DNA of 64,000 bases from Antedon mediterranea (GCF_964355755.1 NC_092673.1:35089648-35153647); one strand, 5' to 3'. Shown: positions 1 through 13,841, numbered from the stretch's first letter. The notes: generated from the letters alone by a model not told the origin. A program made the numbers and translations.

Positions 1-600
1 ACAATTTGATACCAAATTTAAGTTTCTACGACCAGTACTTACAGAGATATGAAGATGCCCTGGTATGTGGGTCAAAGGTCAGAAATGGCATTTCTGATCA
101 TTTTACACTAAAATGCCCCATTAGACGGAATATAAATGCATGCCTTCTGAACATTTTGAGACCAAAATTGACTTGCTGCGACCAGTGGTTGCCGAGATAC
201 AAGTACCTTTATTTATTTGTTTATATAACCCTTGACCCTGACCCTTTGACGTTTTGTAACATTTTTCAAAATGTTTTTCATATAACAAAATATATATTTC
301 AAACAATTTAAAACCAAATTCAAGTGTCTACGACCAGTAGTTACGGAGATAAATACATGCCCTGGGTTGTGGGTCAAAGGTCAGAAATGGCATTTCCGGT
401 CATTTTAAACTAAAATATCCCATTAGACTGAATATAAATGTATACCTTCTGATCAATTTGAGACCAAAATTACTTCGCTGTGACCAGTGGTTGTTCAGAT
501 TTAAGGACATATTGGTGTTTGGTCTTATGACCTTTCACCCTGACCTTTTGACCTTTCGCCACATTTTCAAAATGTGTAACCAAGCCAAAAATGATTGTTG
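1..600. repeat. About 300 bp tandemly duplicated unit with GGTCAAAGGTCA/TGACCTT motifs (interspersed repeat or satellite fragment)
   Basis: accaaatt.aagt.tctacgaccagt...gggtcaaaggtcagaaatggcattt recurs at ~11 and ~313. Confidence 0.6.
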
Positions 601-759
601 TTTTATATAACATCTAAATAACAAACAAAAATGTTTCAAAAAGTACTATTTAACGATCGTTGAATAGTGCGTACTATTGCACGCCATGTGACCCACATTC
701 GTCCAATCAAATGACAGGAATTTATATAGGTGTTTTATAATATCATATATTATATTGCT

Positions 760-3238
760 TATTATAATATCACACTGAAAAGGGCAAATTGTTAAGAAGG
801 TTAAAGATGTATTGTCCCCTGAAAAAATAATTCTTAAACATTTTTTTTTAATAGGCAATATAAATGTCCATTTAAACATAATAGTTATCCACTTTGACCA
901 AATTGGATCGGGGAAAAAAAATGTATTTACCTAAAAAACTGTAATTTAAACAGAGTTTATTAACATAGAACCATTGTTGCTTTTCAACCTTTAGTGGGAC
1001 CACCTCCATGTATTACAACAAATTGTTTCTGTATTGTTGTTGTGTAAAGTACGAAAACAAAAGAACGAACTAATTCAGAGAATTCTACAGCTGACCAGCT
1101 GAAATTAAGTTGTTGTTTGTTAAGACATGTTGAGAAACGTTGCCATGAAGAAGGGCAGAAATATTATATAATACGTAATATATACGTTTGAAATCGTTGT
1201 CCTTGCTCCAATTGAAGCAGGGCAGAAATATTATAGATACGTTGAAAATCGTTGCCCTTTCTCCTATTGAAGCAAGGCAGAAATATTATAGATACGTTGA
1301 AAATCGTTGCCCTTGCTCCTATTGAAGCATGCCAGATATATTATAGATACATTGGAAATCGTTGCCCTTTCTCCTATTGAAGCAAGGCAGAAATATTATA
1401 GATACGTTGAAAATCGTTGCCCTTGCTCCTATTGAAGCAGGGCAGAAATATTATAGATACGTTGAAAATCGTCGCCCTTGCTCCTATTGAAGCAGGGCAG
1501 AAATATTATAGATATGTTGAAAATCATTGCCATTGCTCCTATTGAAGCAGGGCAGAAATATTATAGACATGTTGAAAATCATTGCCCTTGCTCCTATTGA
1601 AGCAGGGCAGAAATATTATAGATACGTTGGAAATCCTTGCCCTTGCTCCTATTGATGCAGGGCAGAAATATTATAGATACGTTGGAAATCCTTGCCCTTG
1701 CTCCTATTGATGCAGGGCAGAAATATTATAGATACGTTGACAATCGTAGTCCTTGCTCCTATTGAAGCAGGGCAGAAATATTACAGATACGTTAGAAATC
1801 ATTGCCCTTGTTCGCAGAACGGAGCAGAAATATCACTTTGCATTACCTTACCAGAGTATAATCTCTCCGAGTAGGCTGCATAGCTGATTGATACGTTGAA
1901 AACCGTTGCCCTCGTGGTTCATTCACGGGGCAGAAATACAGAATACAAAGGAATCAGTCCTGCATTTATTATAATTTATGTATTTGTATATAATATGTTA
2001 AATACTGTTGCCTATATCATTGTTTTTTGTAGTATAACATAATTAATATTGTATTGTGTCCTCATATACAGTAAAATCTTTATTAATGGACACTTGTTGA
2101 CTAAATGAGAGAAAGTTGTACAACCTCAGTTTAAATTTATACTTAAAGAACACAATTTATTGTCTGAACAGGGCTAATACTTATGAAAACTGTTCTTAAA
2201 TATTCAGAAGTGTTATATGTATTGGTCTCAAAAGTGTCCCTTAAATAGGATTCTACTGTATATCTTAATTCTACTTGATTGTTATGTCAATCTCATGTCT
2301 GGTTTTTGTAGTTCAGTATGGTAATGATGTATATTTTGATACTCCCTCCAATACATGCTTTTAGTTTAAAGGTTTTCATAATAAATAAATACTAGTAAAG
2401 TTACAACTTCAGTACACCAATTGCTTTTAAAAGGAAATAGAGTTGAGTATGTCTTTTGGACCATTCCCCAAACAGACAGACAACAACAACAGAAATGTGT
2501 CCAGCAATACATTGTTTATTGGAAACACATTCTAATTTTCTCATTAATTAGATAATTATCTTCTAAAATTATTATCTTCATAAGTCACTTTGATGACATC
2601 ATCGTATTATAAATTGGATTAAAAAGTGGGTCTCGTAACTTCATCTACTGTATGCTACAACACTGTATATAACATATACAGTGCATTCTGTAAATACTGT
2701 AATGTGCTGTATGTTACAAAATAAGTACAGTCCAGCACTGTAAAACATATTTAATTCATGTCATAGGACGGCATTATTGTCGGCGTTCAACAATTTTAAC
2801 GTATGTGCATATGGCATTTTCGTGGATAACCCGAACTTGTCGAAGTGACAAGTTCAAATCTAGTATATCTTGTATTTGTAGTTAAGTTTAATATTGGTGA
2901 TGAATTATATTATATTTATACTGTGCACAGATCACTTACTTTTAAGTCATTTTTTTTCTGAATCTATATATAAATTATTATTAATTAAAACCTTGCAGAA
3001 AATGTTGTACAGTATTTCTATTAGATATGTTGAAGAGATAAATAAAAAATGATAAAATGTAAAGAAGGGTATATTGTTTTCTTTGTTTGTAATTTCCCTT
3101 ATCAAACAATATTTAGGCCTAGTTTTATTTATGTTGACGTTTTAGTTATCAATGACGACGACAGTATACAGAATCTACTACTGCATCAGTAAAAGTCCAT
3201 TTGTTTTCTAGACGTGATGTTTATAAATATTGACACAT
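760..3238 (+). repeat. Segmental duplicate of the region downstream of the NLR gene (paralogous to ~40740-48478); probable 3' flank of an upstream paralog outside the window
   Basis: Collinear matches, e.g. acgaaaacaaaagaa.gaactaattcagagaattctacagctgac (1051 vs 41641), the 55-bp minisatellite, tatactgtgcacagatcactt and aatattgacaca (3226 vs 48465). Confidence 0.85.
1143..1815. repeat. 55-bp minisatellite, ~12 copies
   Basis: Unit gcccttgctcctattgaagcagggcagaaatattatagatacgttgaaaatcgtt; period 55 (1254 to 1309). Confidence 0.95.
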
Positions 3239-3284
3239 GGAGATTAGTATGCCAACAACAAGTTCTGTACTCATTTTCTTTGTT

Positions 3285-3605
3285 GCACCATCATCATGAT
3301 GATTGTTGTATATCATTGTCATCATTGTAAGAGGAACAGAAGGTCTATCTCCCCACATCATCTTTATCATCATCATTTTTAATATGCACTTCATCATTTT
3401 CATGTTCATAAATGTAATCATTGTTATATACACATAGTCGCGGGAGCTGAGGACCAAAAGGTCCATCACCCCTCATCATCTTTATCACCTCATTTTACCA
3501 TCTCCATTTCGTCATTATGTTTAACATTATTGAATCATCAATATTTTACCACCATCATTATCATTGGATTATCATTAATTTATTTATTATCTTCATTATT
3601 ATCGT
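3285..3605. repeat. Degenerate (ATC/ATT)n low-complexity tract
   Basis: Many catcat/attatc runs. Confidence 0.6.
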
Positions 3606-4579
3606 GTTGGTGTCAATCTTACCTGTAGTAGGCCTACCATTAAACATTTAACATAATGTTTCCAGAGGGTAAAATCCTCTTTTTATGTAAATACTATTAC
3701 GGGAATGTTAAAAACATAGAGGGCAGACTCTCAAGCGGATGTTTAGTGGGAACCATTTTGGTCTCTGCATTGTGTTACTGAAAAGGAAATACGTCCCTGG
3801 ATGGACGTGTTATAAGTTCGTGTTGACAAGTTAGTTGAATAGGTTCTGTGGTTCTAACCTCAGTCGTCGTATTAATTAGGACTAGCCAAAGATAGTAGGA
3901 TTTTTTCATCTTTTAAGTCCATAAAGATTCACAGACGGTTGATGTAGGCCTAGGCTAAAATAATTTTAAAATAGCCTACATACATACACACAGCCCAAGC
4001 CAGCCCCTGGCTGCCCTACCTACAGTAAAGTCGCTATTAAAATTATGCTCTAGCTTTTGGGCCAGTCGGATTTTTTATATTTGATAGGCCTATGCCCAGC
4101 AGCTGAGCAGTGCCAGCCTTGGCCTACAGCATCTTAGTAGGCCCAGTCGACAATGTCCACCATATTGGACTGTGAATGATAAGGAAACGACTAAAAGAGT
4201 AAGACTAATATAATAATACTGTATAAATAAGATGACAGATCACCAGTAGGGTAAGTATGCATACTCCAACCAATAGCACTTTACCAGCAACGTAAACTAC
4301 AATTGAATTTTGAAAGTAAAAGTATTAGGCTACGCCCTTCCCACCCGGTGTAGATAATCTATACCCTCTCTAGACCTATATAATAATAATTTTATCTTTA
4401 TATAGTTCAACATTTTCTAGGCCGATCTTAACCATTTTATGTGAGAGGATCGCAAGTGTTATGTGCCATTTCTTCTGTTTCTACAGTAGCTTTATTTGCA
4501 GTTTTTTTTTTGCTAATTGGATAGAGAGGCAGCCTTTTTACACGTTAGTGAGTTTCCAAATATACACTATATGTTGGTA

Positions 4580-5395
4580 GGTTTTTTTTTATTTTTATTT
4601 ATTTAAAAACATATTTATACAGGATAAAAACATATCAGGTATGATGTAGCACCTGTTTTACATATGGTCCTGTTTATAGAAAAGATTAACAACATGCATA
4701 AACATCTTTATTTGCTAAAACAGTAAAATAACAATACAAACAAAGACAAAAATATATGTATATTTACGATAAAAAGATTGGAAATACTACAAAAAGGAAT
4801 AAAACAAGTTTGTAATTGGCCTAAGCATGGATAGTGACTTAAAAAGAGGCAATAAAATAGTTTTAAGGAAACAATTTCTAAAATGAATCAATAAAAATGT
4901 TCACAAAATGTTAAAATAGTGAGGATTTATTGTGAAATATTTTTTTACAATTTGATTTAAAATTTAAATACTTGGATGATTCTTTTACTTCCTGCAGTAG
5001 ATCATTCCATACATGAGCGCCTCATGAAGTGAAGTCCTCATTATTTTAACATTCGACTTAGGGGAACCATATTATCCCACGTGTTACCAGAATTTGGAAT
5101 AACTTACCCAGTGAAATCCGCAACTTAAATATTTCTGTTAGTTCTTTTAAAACCAAATTACTTAATTATCTCAATATTTATTTTTAAAATAATTTTGATA
5201 TTGAAAATGTGTGTAGTTGGTCGCTTTCTTGTCGATGCTTTCATTGTAGAACGTAATTTATTTATTTTTCTCTGTTCTGGGTTGACCAACTAGCATAGGT
5301 GTTTAGCACCTGTTTTGTCTTTCCGTGCCTCCTTTTATAATTGTTTTGTCTTCTTTGTTATGTATATGGCAGAAATTGAAAAAATAAATAAATTA
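4580..5395. mobile_element. Two degraded LINE 3'-end fragments in opposite orientation (minus ~4580-5040, plus ~5050-5395)
   Basis: Plus fragment reads ...RIWNNLPSEIRN..., typical of a CR1/L2 ORF2 C-terminus, and ends in aataaataaat; minus fragment has the reverse of a similar WN-L motif (cattccatac) and a T-rich reverse tail. Confidence 0.5.
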
Positions 5396-5599
5396 AGAGT
5401 ATCAGATTGTCTAGTATTATATCCATGTCTATCAAACGCCATTTCTATATCATTGAATAGTCTTGAAGGTGCAGTACCATTAAAACGTTTGAGCATTAAA
5501 CATCTTATCACATAATTTCTTCATATTTGAAATGTTTTCCAAAATAGATCATTTATTATGTCATCGCCACATGTTGTTTTATAATTAAAATTGTTTTTA

Positions 5600-5817
5600 A
5601 CGATGCATGCATCTGTTTTTTGTAATTAAAAAACCTAAATTTGTTTTAATTGTCAATAACTAATTGTCTAGCTTAACATAATAAGTGTTATGTTTTGTAT
5701 TAGGAACGTGTTAAAAATCAGTATCGACATCATGTAGCAATTTATATACCATCGTGTAAAAATGCTAGAAGTTATGCGCGATTTACTGAATTTTGCCCTT
5801 ACGTAAATTTATATATG
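5600..5817 (-). mobile_element. 5' fragment of the same Helitron-like family as 44379-46905
   Basis: Reverse complement tatataaatttacgtaagggcaaaattcagtaaatcgcgc... matches 44383 onward. Confidence 0.65.
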
Positions 5818-7019
5818 AAAAAAGCCCATTTCAAGTCCAGCCTTCTATTCAAGATAGTATTGACATTTATTTTCGTGAGATATTTGAATGTCATTGTCAT
5901 TGTCAAAGATCATGTTATCATATCAGTATAAAATGACCTAACAACCATTAATTATCTCAATAATCAAGCCTTGTATATTTAATATACAATTATTGTTTTC
6001 CAAATGGTACTGTGATTGCATCTTGTATCTTCTCTTGTCTGCTTCCTTGCCATGTTCTATGTACAGTTGGGACCTATTCTATTTACATTCTTTGATGCAA
6101 TGGAGCTTTTATGGACAATGTTGAATCTCTAATGCCAATAGCCTTATATTAAAATATTCCTTTTACACTGCCAGCAAAAAAATTTAAGATTATACAGATT
6201 TGTATAATCGAATCACATGAAAAAATACATAATTAGTCTAGTGTAAAGATCACCTAAAGGTTATAAATGAAATTACCTTTGAGAGAAAATAGAAATAGAC
6301 CCACATAGATACTACATAAAATGAATTACACACATAAAAAACAGGAATTCTTATAAGATTAAGATAAAACTTTAGAATTCTGCAATTGTATTTAATTATG
6401 GTATATTACAGTATTAGTATACATATAGCTAAAAAAATACCTTAAAAAATGTTGTATTTATATATATTGTTTAAAACAGGTCGGTAAGATAATTCTTAAG
6501 GTTATTAAGCTTAAAACGATTATTTTTTTTAATTAAATAATAATTGGTCACAGCTGATCCACAGGCAGGTTTCTGAAATGTGGAATATTACTGAGAAAAG
6601 GATGTTGTTAAAGAAATACAGTAATATTGTTATTGTTATTAAATAATAAATTAAAGTAATATGTCACTGTCAACCGGTCTACTTGTTGTTAAAATCTTTT
6701 TCTATCGTATCATTTATCCAATAGTTCATTATATATAAACCATAGGCTTTCTGAACTTTTATTTCTATTTCTATCTCTTAAATGGCTTAACAAATAATTA
6801 TATGGATCATATTACGGAAATAATATTACAGGTTTATTTTGCACTTATTTTAAACTGTTTCTGTTTTAGAACAAGTCCTTGTTTTGTTTTTAAACAATGA
6901 TTCAATTCTTGCATACCTGGAAACAGGTATTAAATGATGGAAACACAAGCATTAACAACTTTGTCCAATCATGATTCAGCTACGATGTCAGACAGAAAAT
7001 AACAACTTAGAACCAGTTT

Positions 7020-7247
7020 GAGGCATTCATTAAGGAGTGGCTTGTTGCATGTCAAGCAACACATTTTCAGCAACTTATAAAGATGTATGCTGTACATCAA
7101 TATACCTGATTGAGCCTTCTTTGCATGTGAATGGTAACCTTAGTGCAACTTATCAAGATGTACGCTGTACATCAAGATACCTGAGCCTTCTTTGCATGTG
7201 AATGGTAACCTTAGTGCTACAAGTAACAACATCTGCATCAATACATT
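7020..7247 (+). other. Putative non-coding 5'UTR exon block (3' part), conserved with 58085-58230
   Basis: Shared taaggagtggcttgt...gctgtacatcaagatacctgagcct...att|gtaagt; consensus donor at 7248 and 58231. Confidence 0.45.
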
Positions 7248-10059
7248 GTAAGTAGATATTGTTGTGTATACTATTTTAAAGAAGTTGATTGTAATTGTGT
7301 TTCACGTATAATTGTAAGTTTGCGTTGTATTAATTTGACAACTGTATAGGCAAAGAAAGCCAATGCAAATATAAAAAAGCGATCAGATTTATCAAATTTT
7401 ACTTAGAAAAAAGCGCATCTAATTTTGTCGATGATTCTGTTTGTCAGTTTACTATTGGTAATCCTTAAACACATGTGCCTAAGACATAAACAAACACATT
7501 TTTTTTTTTGGTTATCATTCCTAGATGTCAAAGTCCATTCTTAAAGTAAAAAGTACTTGCTTGATAAAACAAAGACTAAGTTTTTCACTTAAGCGCTGCT
7601 TATCTGGTAAGAAATATTTATTAATGCTAACCCAGTACTATATATGTTATATTTATGATGTCACAAGAAATACTTTATTTCATTTTAATTCTTCACATAC
7701 AAAAGTTAATCAAATAACAAGAACATACTGTAGTAATGTTTAAAAACGTTTAAAAAAAACAGTAAATAAGTAAATAAATAAATGTTGAGTTGAGATAGTT
7801 GAGAAAAAATGACAAAGGCAGAATTTTATGCCTAAAAGCAAATAAAACAAAACAGAAAACGGTAAAAAAAACACCATAAAAAAATTAATAAATGTAATGT
7901 AATATGTTTTAGGATCCTTCTGAATTTGAGTCAATAAGATTTTTAGCATAAAAAACAACTGGAACCACAAATAATTTTACCCAACTGCTTTACTAGTTTT
8001 AATATAAAAGACATTTTTATTTATAATAATTCATAGTAATAATAACAATAGTTATATATTATGTTATTATTTTTTCTATTTCCTTTGTATGACTGTACTA
8101 CTGGTAATTTTTGTCCTTGTCATTTTGATGTGATTTGGGCCTTTATATTTTTATATGGTTGCAAATTCATTAACAAAATCTATCGCAGTTCAGTTTTACT
8201 GGGAAGATGATTTTAATAAATATACCACAAACCCATTTTATAATACACCTATTACGTATCACATGCCATGCATTATTTGGATCCTTCCTCAATTTGGATG
8301 GAGTACAGTACATTATATGTTGCATATGTTTATGTAAACATTGTGCAACATTAGGCTGGGGTGTTAAATGCATTCCAATTCTGAACAGGATTGTTTTTCA
8401 ATTTCACGAGCGCGTTATGCATAAGTCAGGTTAATTCAACACCAAGCGATGGTGCCAAAGAGGCATCCCGGACGCGTTTTGATTTTATCTGTTGGTGCAT
8501 GTTTTTTTATGACACCAAAAGAGTGCCACAACTTCCATGCTTTTCAACATTTATAACATTTTGGCATGCATGCATGGAGAATTAGGGATATATTTGAAAT
8601 TAGGCCTATCATTGTCTATTTTATCTACAATTTACGAAACTATCCTTTTTTTTTAAATGTTATATACTGCATTTATTTGACTATTGAATTTGAATTGAAT
8701 TTTTCATTAGGGTTTTTAGCGGGGCGTTTATATTCGAGGAAGGCGTTTATTTTTTGGGTGTAATGTGGTAACATGTATAACAAAATAAGTACCCCTAGAT
8801 ATAAGAAAATACAACACAATTAATATCTAGGCCTAGACTTGATCAAATACAGTAAAAATACTTGTTAAATTGTAGATCATATCAATCAATGAATACTACA
8901 AATAGAAATGTAGTATATATGCATGCGGCAAGACGTTTATTCAAAATGATGGAAGGGGGTGGGGAGGTGGCGTTTATTTGAGGGAGGTATTCATGTATAG
9001 TGGTCACTGATGAGTGCGGATAAGACACCATATTCACTTATTAGCTCTGATTTTAAGGTAAAAATAAGATGGCCAATCATGGTTTTGGACGAATTTGTGA
9101 TACGTGTTGGATCGTTAATTAGCTGCGTCATTTGAAATGCTCATTAAAGTGAATCACTATCATTTACTGAACTTATTAGTAGACTAGGCCTATACTATGT
9201 AATTGAATATTGTCATTACTATACGATACAGAAATACTAAATGTACATAATTATATAATACTAGTAACGTATTAAGAGTGTAAAAACCAGCCGGCTATTT
9301 AAATATGTCCAAGTTTTTGCACTTTATAAACATTCAACTGTGGTACTACTCAGGTCAACGATGTACAAAACAGGAAGACATTTACCACCGATTTGTTGCA
9401 ATAAAGTAGTTCCTTGTTACATAATTTTTCAAAGAACAACTGAATGAGCTCTTTGTTTGTTCATGGTATCTCTTAACTTAATGCGCTTTGTACGTAAGTT
9501 GAAAGATGCCAATAAATACTGCATTCAATCGTTTTTCTATTTTTGCATTTAGAAAATTAATTTATTATACAGAAAAATATATATATATACATATTCTCCT
9601 CCCTACCATATGCCTTAATGCAGTGTAAATTGTAGCCAACATACCAAGTCTACAAGTAAAAATCAGGCCTATTTTCCATCCCAATATAGCCAGACATTTT
9701 CAAAGTATACAGTGTAATTTCCGACAACCTAGCAGCTCTATTTTTTAAAATCCCCCCCCCCCCTTAGCCCCAACCATGGTTGTGCTGAGATACAACTCAC
9801 AAATGTTGTCTAATTCAAAGTAGAAGTGCAATTTTCGGTGACCTATTTTTGCACCCACTGACGGATCCTAGGGCTCTGTGATGCATTTTCGGGACCTGTT
9901 TTTGCACCCACTGACGGACCCTAGGGCTCTGTGATGCGGCTAGCGCCGCCCCTGGACCCCCTAGACAGCCCCAACCAATGAATACTAGGTTCGCGCGCAT
10001 GATGAACACTTTGTTCCTGGTATCTCTTAACTTAAGGAACAGAATACGTTGGTTTACTT

Positions 10060-11620
10060 GTAAAATCAATGTTATTTGTTCTTCTTTATAGTAATCTATT
10101 TGGCTAAATATAAAATCTGGAAAAAAGAAGAAGAAAAGAAATGTTTCTTTTTTAATTTTCTACTAAAGATCTATCAAGTTATTTTAAAATATCATGAACA
10201 ATAAACAAAGCATTCGTTCATAGTTGTTTTCATTGTTATTTGATTTAATATGAAACCAATTCAAACTGATTCCCAGAAAACTGAGGCTTGGCTTCCTGTT
10301 TTTTACATTGTTGATCTCCATATCAAAGTTGAATGTTTGCTTTTATTTCAAAGTACAAACAATTTGATAAAGCAAAAAAAAAAAAATATTGTATTGGCCA
10401 CTCCTGACCAACTCTGACTTGACCGTTCTCAGTAAACTGGAAACAATTTAGATTACAGTAGGTCCTTTACTGACCCATTGCCTACCAAGATAGTATATAG
10501 TACTAGATAAGATAAATAAACAAAACAACTTATAGTACTACTTTATTAAAAATAAACCAGTCTGCTATTATTATATTTATTATGATTATTATGATTTTGA
10601 TGATATTTTTTTGCACTTAGTATAGTAAGCATTCAACTCGGGTTCTTCTCAGGTCAACGATGTAAAAAACAGGAAGCCATTACCACCGATTTGTTGCAAT
10701 AAAGTAGTTCCTTGTTAAATTATTTGTTCATTGTATCTCTTAACCTAATAGACCTTGTACAGTTGGGATGGTTCAAATGTAGTACATGTTCAGTATCCCT
10801 GATCTTTAAATATCACCATATATTTTAAAATGTATTTTAAAATGTATCTTCCCAGTAGAATATGTTGACCCATCATTCCCAACCCACAAACTCTCAGTGG
10901 TAGCTTTCAAATTCAAAATGAAAGTTTTCATTTTAGTATCCCATATACAGTATATGGTTACGTGCAATAACAAAAAAATGGTATAAAGAACAAACATCCT
11001 AAAGCTCTGTCTACACTATCAAACATTATGTGTCAACAAATGTGATGTGCCCAAATATGGTAGTGCTAATGCATCAATATGGTAGTGATATGGGCACATC
11101 GCATTTTTGACACACAAAGTTTGATAGTGTAGACTAGGCTTAAGTGGGGAATTTTGGCAGATAAATTAAATCCAAGGTGGTGGATTATATTGAAACGTCA
11201 TACAATTCTGGTCACTTTGATACCCCATGTGTATGGATGCGTGCAAGCAATACAAACATTTGTAAAACAAACAAAAACGTACAAACTCTTTCTCTTTTAT
11301 AATATATAAACATGTTGCTATATAATTATCAAAGTTTTTGCACTTTGAAATAAAAGCAAACATTCAACTTTGGTATTGAGATCAACGATGTAAAAAACAG
11401 GAAGCCAAGCCTCAGTTTTCTGGGAATCAGTTTGAATTGGTTTCATATTAAATCAAATAACAATGTAAACAACTATGAATGAACGCTTTGTTTATTGTTC
11501 ATGATATCTTTTAACTTAATAGATCTTTAGAAGGAAACTTAAGAAAAAAGATTTTTTTTTTCAAATTTCACAATTACCAAAATAGATTACTTGAGAAGAA
11601 GAAATGATAACATTTATTTT
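10060..11620. repeat. About 300 bp inverted repeat pair (10060-10370 and 11325-11620)
   Basis: gaaaccaattcaaactgattcccagaaaactgaggcttggcttcctgtttttta is the reverse complement of taaaaaacaggaagccaagcctcagttttctgggaatcagtttgaattggtttc. Confidence 0.9.
11003..11140. mobile_element. MITE, PIF/Harbinger (Tourist)-like
   Basis: TIRs agctctgtctacactatcaaac / gtttgatagtgtagactaggct, TAA TSD on both sides; related copy at 49750. Confidence 0.8.
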
Positions 11621-11712
11621 ACTGTGATATTTTTTTTAACAATTTTCTTCACAGAATAAATACGATTGAATATAAGGAAGTTAGTTGTGAAGTTTAACAT
11701 CTACAGTAGTTG

Positions 11713-12801
11713 AACAACATGGCATCTACCAAAGGTATGATATACAGTATGTAATGACCAACAAATAACTCTTAACATCATGGCATCTACCAAAGGTATG
11801 ATATACAGTATGTAATGACCAACAAATAACTCTTAACAACATGGCATCTACCAAAGGTATGATATACAGTATGTAATGACCAAACAAATAACTCCTAACA
11901 ACATGGCATCTACCAAAGGTATGATATACAGTATGTAGTGACCAAACAAATAACTCTTAACAACATGGCATCTACCAAAGGTATGATATACAGTATGTAA
12001 TGACCAACAAATAACTCTTAACAACATGGCATCTACCAAAGGTATGATATACAGTATGTACTGACCAAACAAATAACTCTTAACAACATGGCATCTACCA
12101 AAGGTATGATATACAGTATGTAATGACCAAACAAATAACTCTTAACAACATGGCATCTACCAAAGGTATGATATACAGTATGTAATGACCAAACAAATAA
12201 CTCTTAACAACATGGCATCTACCAAAGGTATGATATACAGTATGTAATGACCAACAAATAACTCTTAACAACATGGCATCTACCAAAGGTATGATATACA
12301 GTATGTAGTGACCAAACAAATAACTCTTAACAACATGGCATCTACCAAAGGTATGATATACAGTATGTAATGACCAAACAAATAACTCTTAACAACATGG
12401 CATCTACCAAAGGTATGATATACAGTATGTAATGACCAACAAATAACTCTTAACAACATGGCATCTACCAAAGGTATGATATACAGTATGTAATGACCAA
12501 CAAATAACTCTTAACAACATGGCATCTACCAAAGGTATGATATACAGTATGTAATGACCAAACAAATAACTCTTAACAACATGGCATCTACCAAAGGTAT
12601 GATATACAGTATGTACAGTAATGACCAAACAAATAACTCTTAACATCTACAGTAAAACAACATGGCATCTACCAAAGGTATGATATACCGTACAGTATGT
12701 AATGACCAACAAATAACTCTTAACATCTACAGTAAAACAACATGGCATCTACCAAAGGTATGATATACCGTACAGTATGTAATGACCAAACAAATAACTC
12801 T
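11713..12801 (+). repeat. 61-62 bp minisatellite, 17 copies, each containing ATG GCA TCT ACC AAA G|GTATGA
   Basis: ATG at 11719, 11780, 11841, 11903, 11965, 12026, 12088, 12150, 12212, 12273, 12335, 12397, 12458, 12519, 12581, 12662, 12742; last two units are longer (~80 bp). Confidence 0.97.
11719..11734 (+). CDS. NLR gene: putative first coding micro-exon (MASTK, phase-1 donor); exon probably starts at 11655
   Basis: Acceptor ttttcttcacag ends at 11654; aacaacATGG start context; AAAG|gtatga donor; splices in frame to 15471 giving MASTKEISVEEFNELL. Confidence 0.6.
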
Positions 12802-13841
12802 TTAGTTTTAACAAAACATAGAATTATGTATACTTTACTACAGTAGTATTCTGTAGTTTATATTTGATATATAGCTGCCTTTGTATGTTTACTGTTCTCA
12901 TTAAACTACTGGCTTTAGTTTTTACCTACAACATCTATTAATTTCATAAACATATTTAAAATTAGTTTTTTAGAATAAATACCAGTATAAAGTTTGTTAT
13001 TAATAAATAATGTTGTTGTTTGATAATAATTTAATTATTTTTACTAACGTAAACCATAAGCAGTTTTAGAATTTTGGACCACTTTTTAAAAGACAGGCAA
13101 TTACTATTAATTACAGTACTAGGTTAATCAATCATACTGCAAATGTTTTTTTTTAAATACCAAAATAGATACGTTTTTTTGGATCTAACAGTGTCCCCTT
13201 AATAGGGGTGTCCCCTGAATAGGAATACCATTATTAAGGGGTCACTAGCAAAAACCCTAAATTGTTCCCTTATTACAGGTTTTCGCTGGAAAAACAAAAA
13301 ACAAATACACCAAGATGAACAATAATTGATTATTAACGTTTCACCAATAAAAACTTTCATGTTTTATCATAATAATATTAATTTTTAAAATTCAAAATGA
13401 TAGAAATGAATATAATTATTCGATCTTCTTTGTTGTTTTTTGTGACAAAAAAAATATTGAACTTCAGTCTCCACAAGTTCAGTTTATTTTGTTGTAAATA
13501 TTGAAAAGGACTAAATACATAATTTGAACGAATACACAAAAACAACATTACAATTTTTTTTAAATGTAATAAAATAGTTTTTATGAATTTTAGTTTCATC
13601 TGGGATAACATTATAAAATTTGGTGCCACTTATGTTATTTTGGTTTGTGGATATAGGTAATTTTATGTTTAATTACGAAATGGAACGAGTTTGTGTCAAT
13701 CTGAAGTAATCTTATTTGACAATAAATTATTTTCTTATACCAGTCAAATTCATTCAATTCAATTTGAAAAACAAATTGTAATCAAAGGATAGTTTAAGAA
13801 AGCTAAGCTGCTGAGTCAGGATATTGCTCACAATTGAGATT

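Noticed and set aside
1692-1874. Similar small ORFs at 1692 and 42004 suggesting a conserved peptide gene
   Set aside because: Both derive from the 55-bp minisatellite and its duplicated flank; non-ATG starts and differing frames downstream
11848-12646. Minus-strand hydrophobic ORFs
   Set aside because: Antisense translations of the 61-62 bp repeat
11713-12801. CRISPR-like regular array (also 1143-1815, 42608-43454, 52766-54570)
   Set aside because: Units are wholly repeated with no unique spacers, there are no cas genes, and the context is eukaryotic
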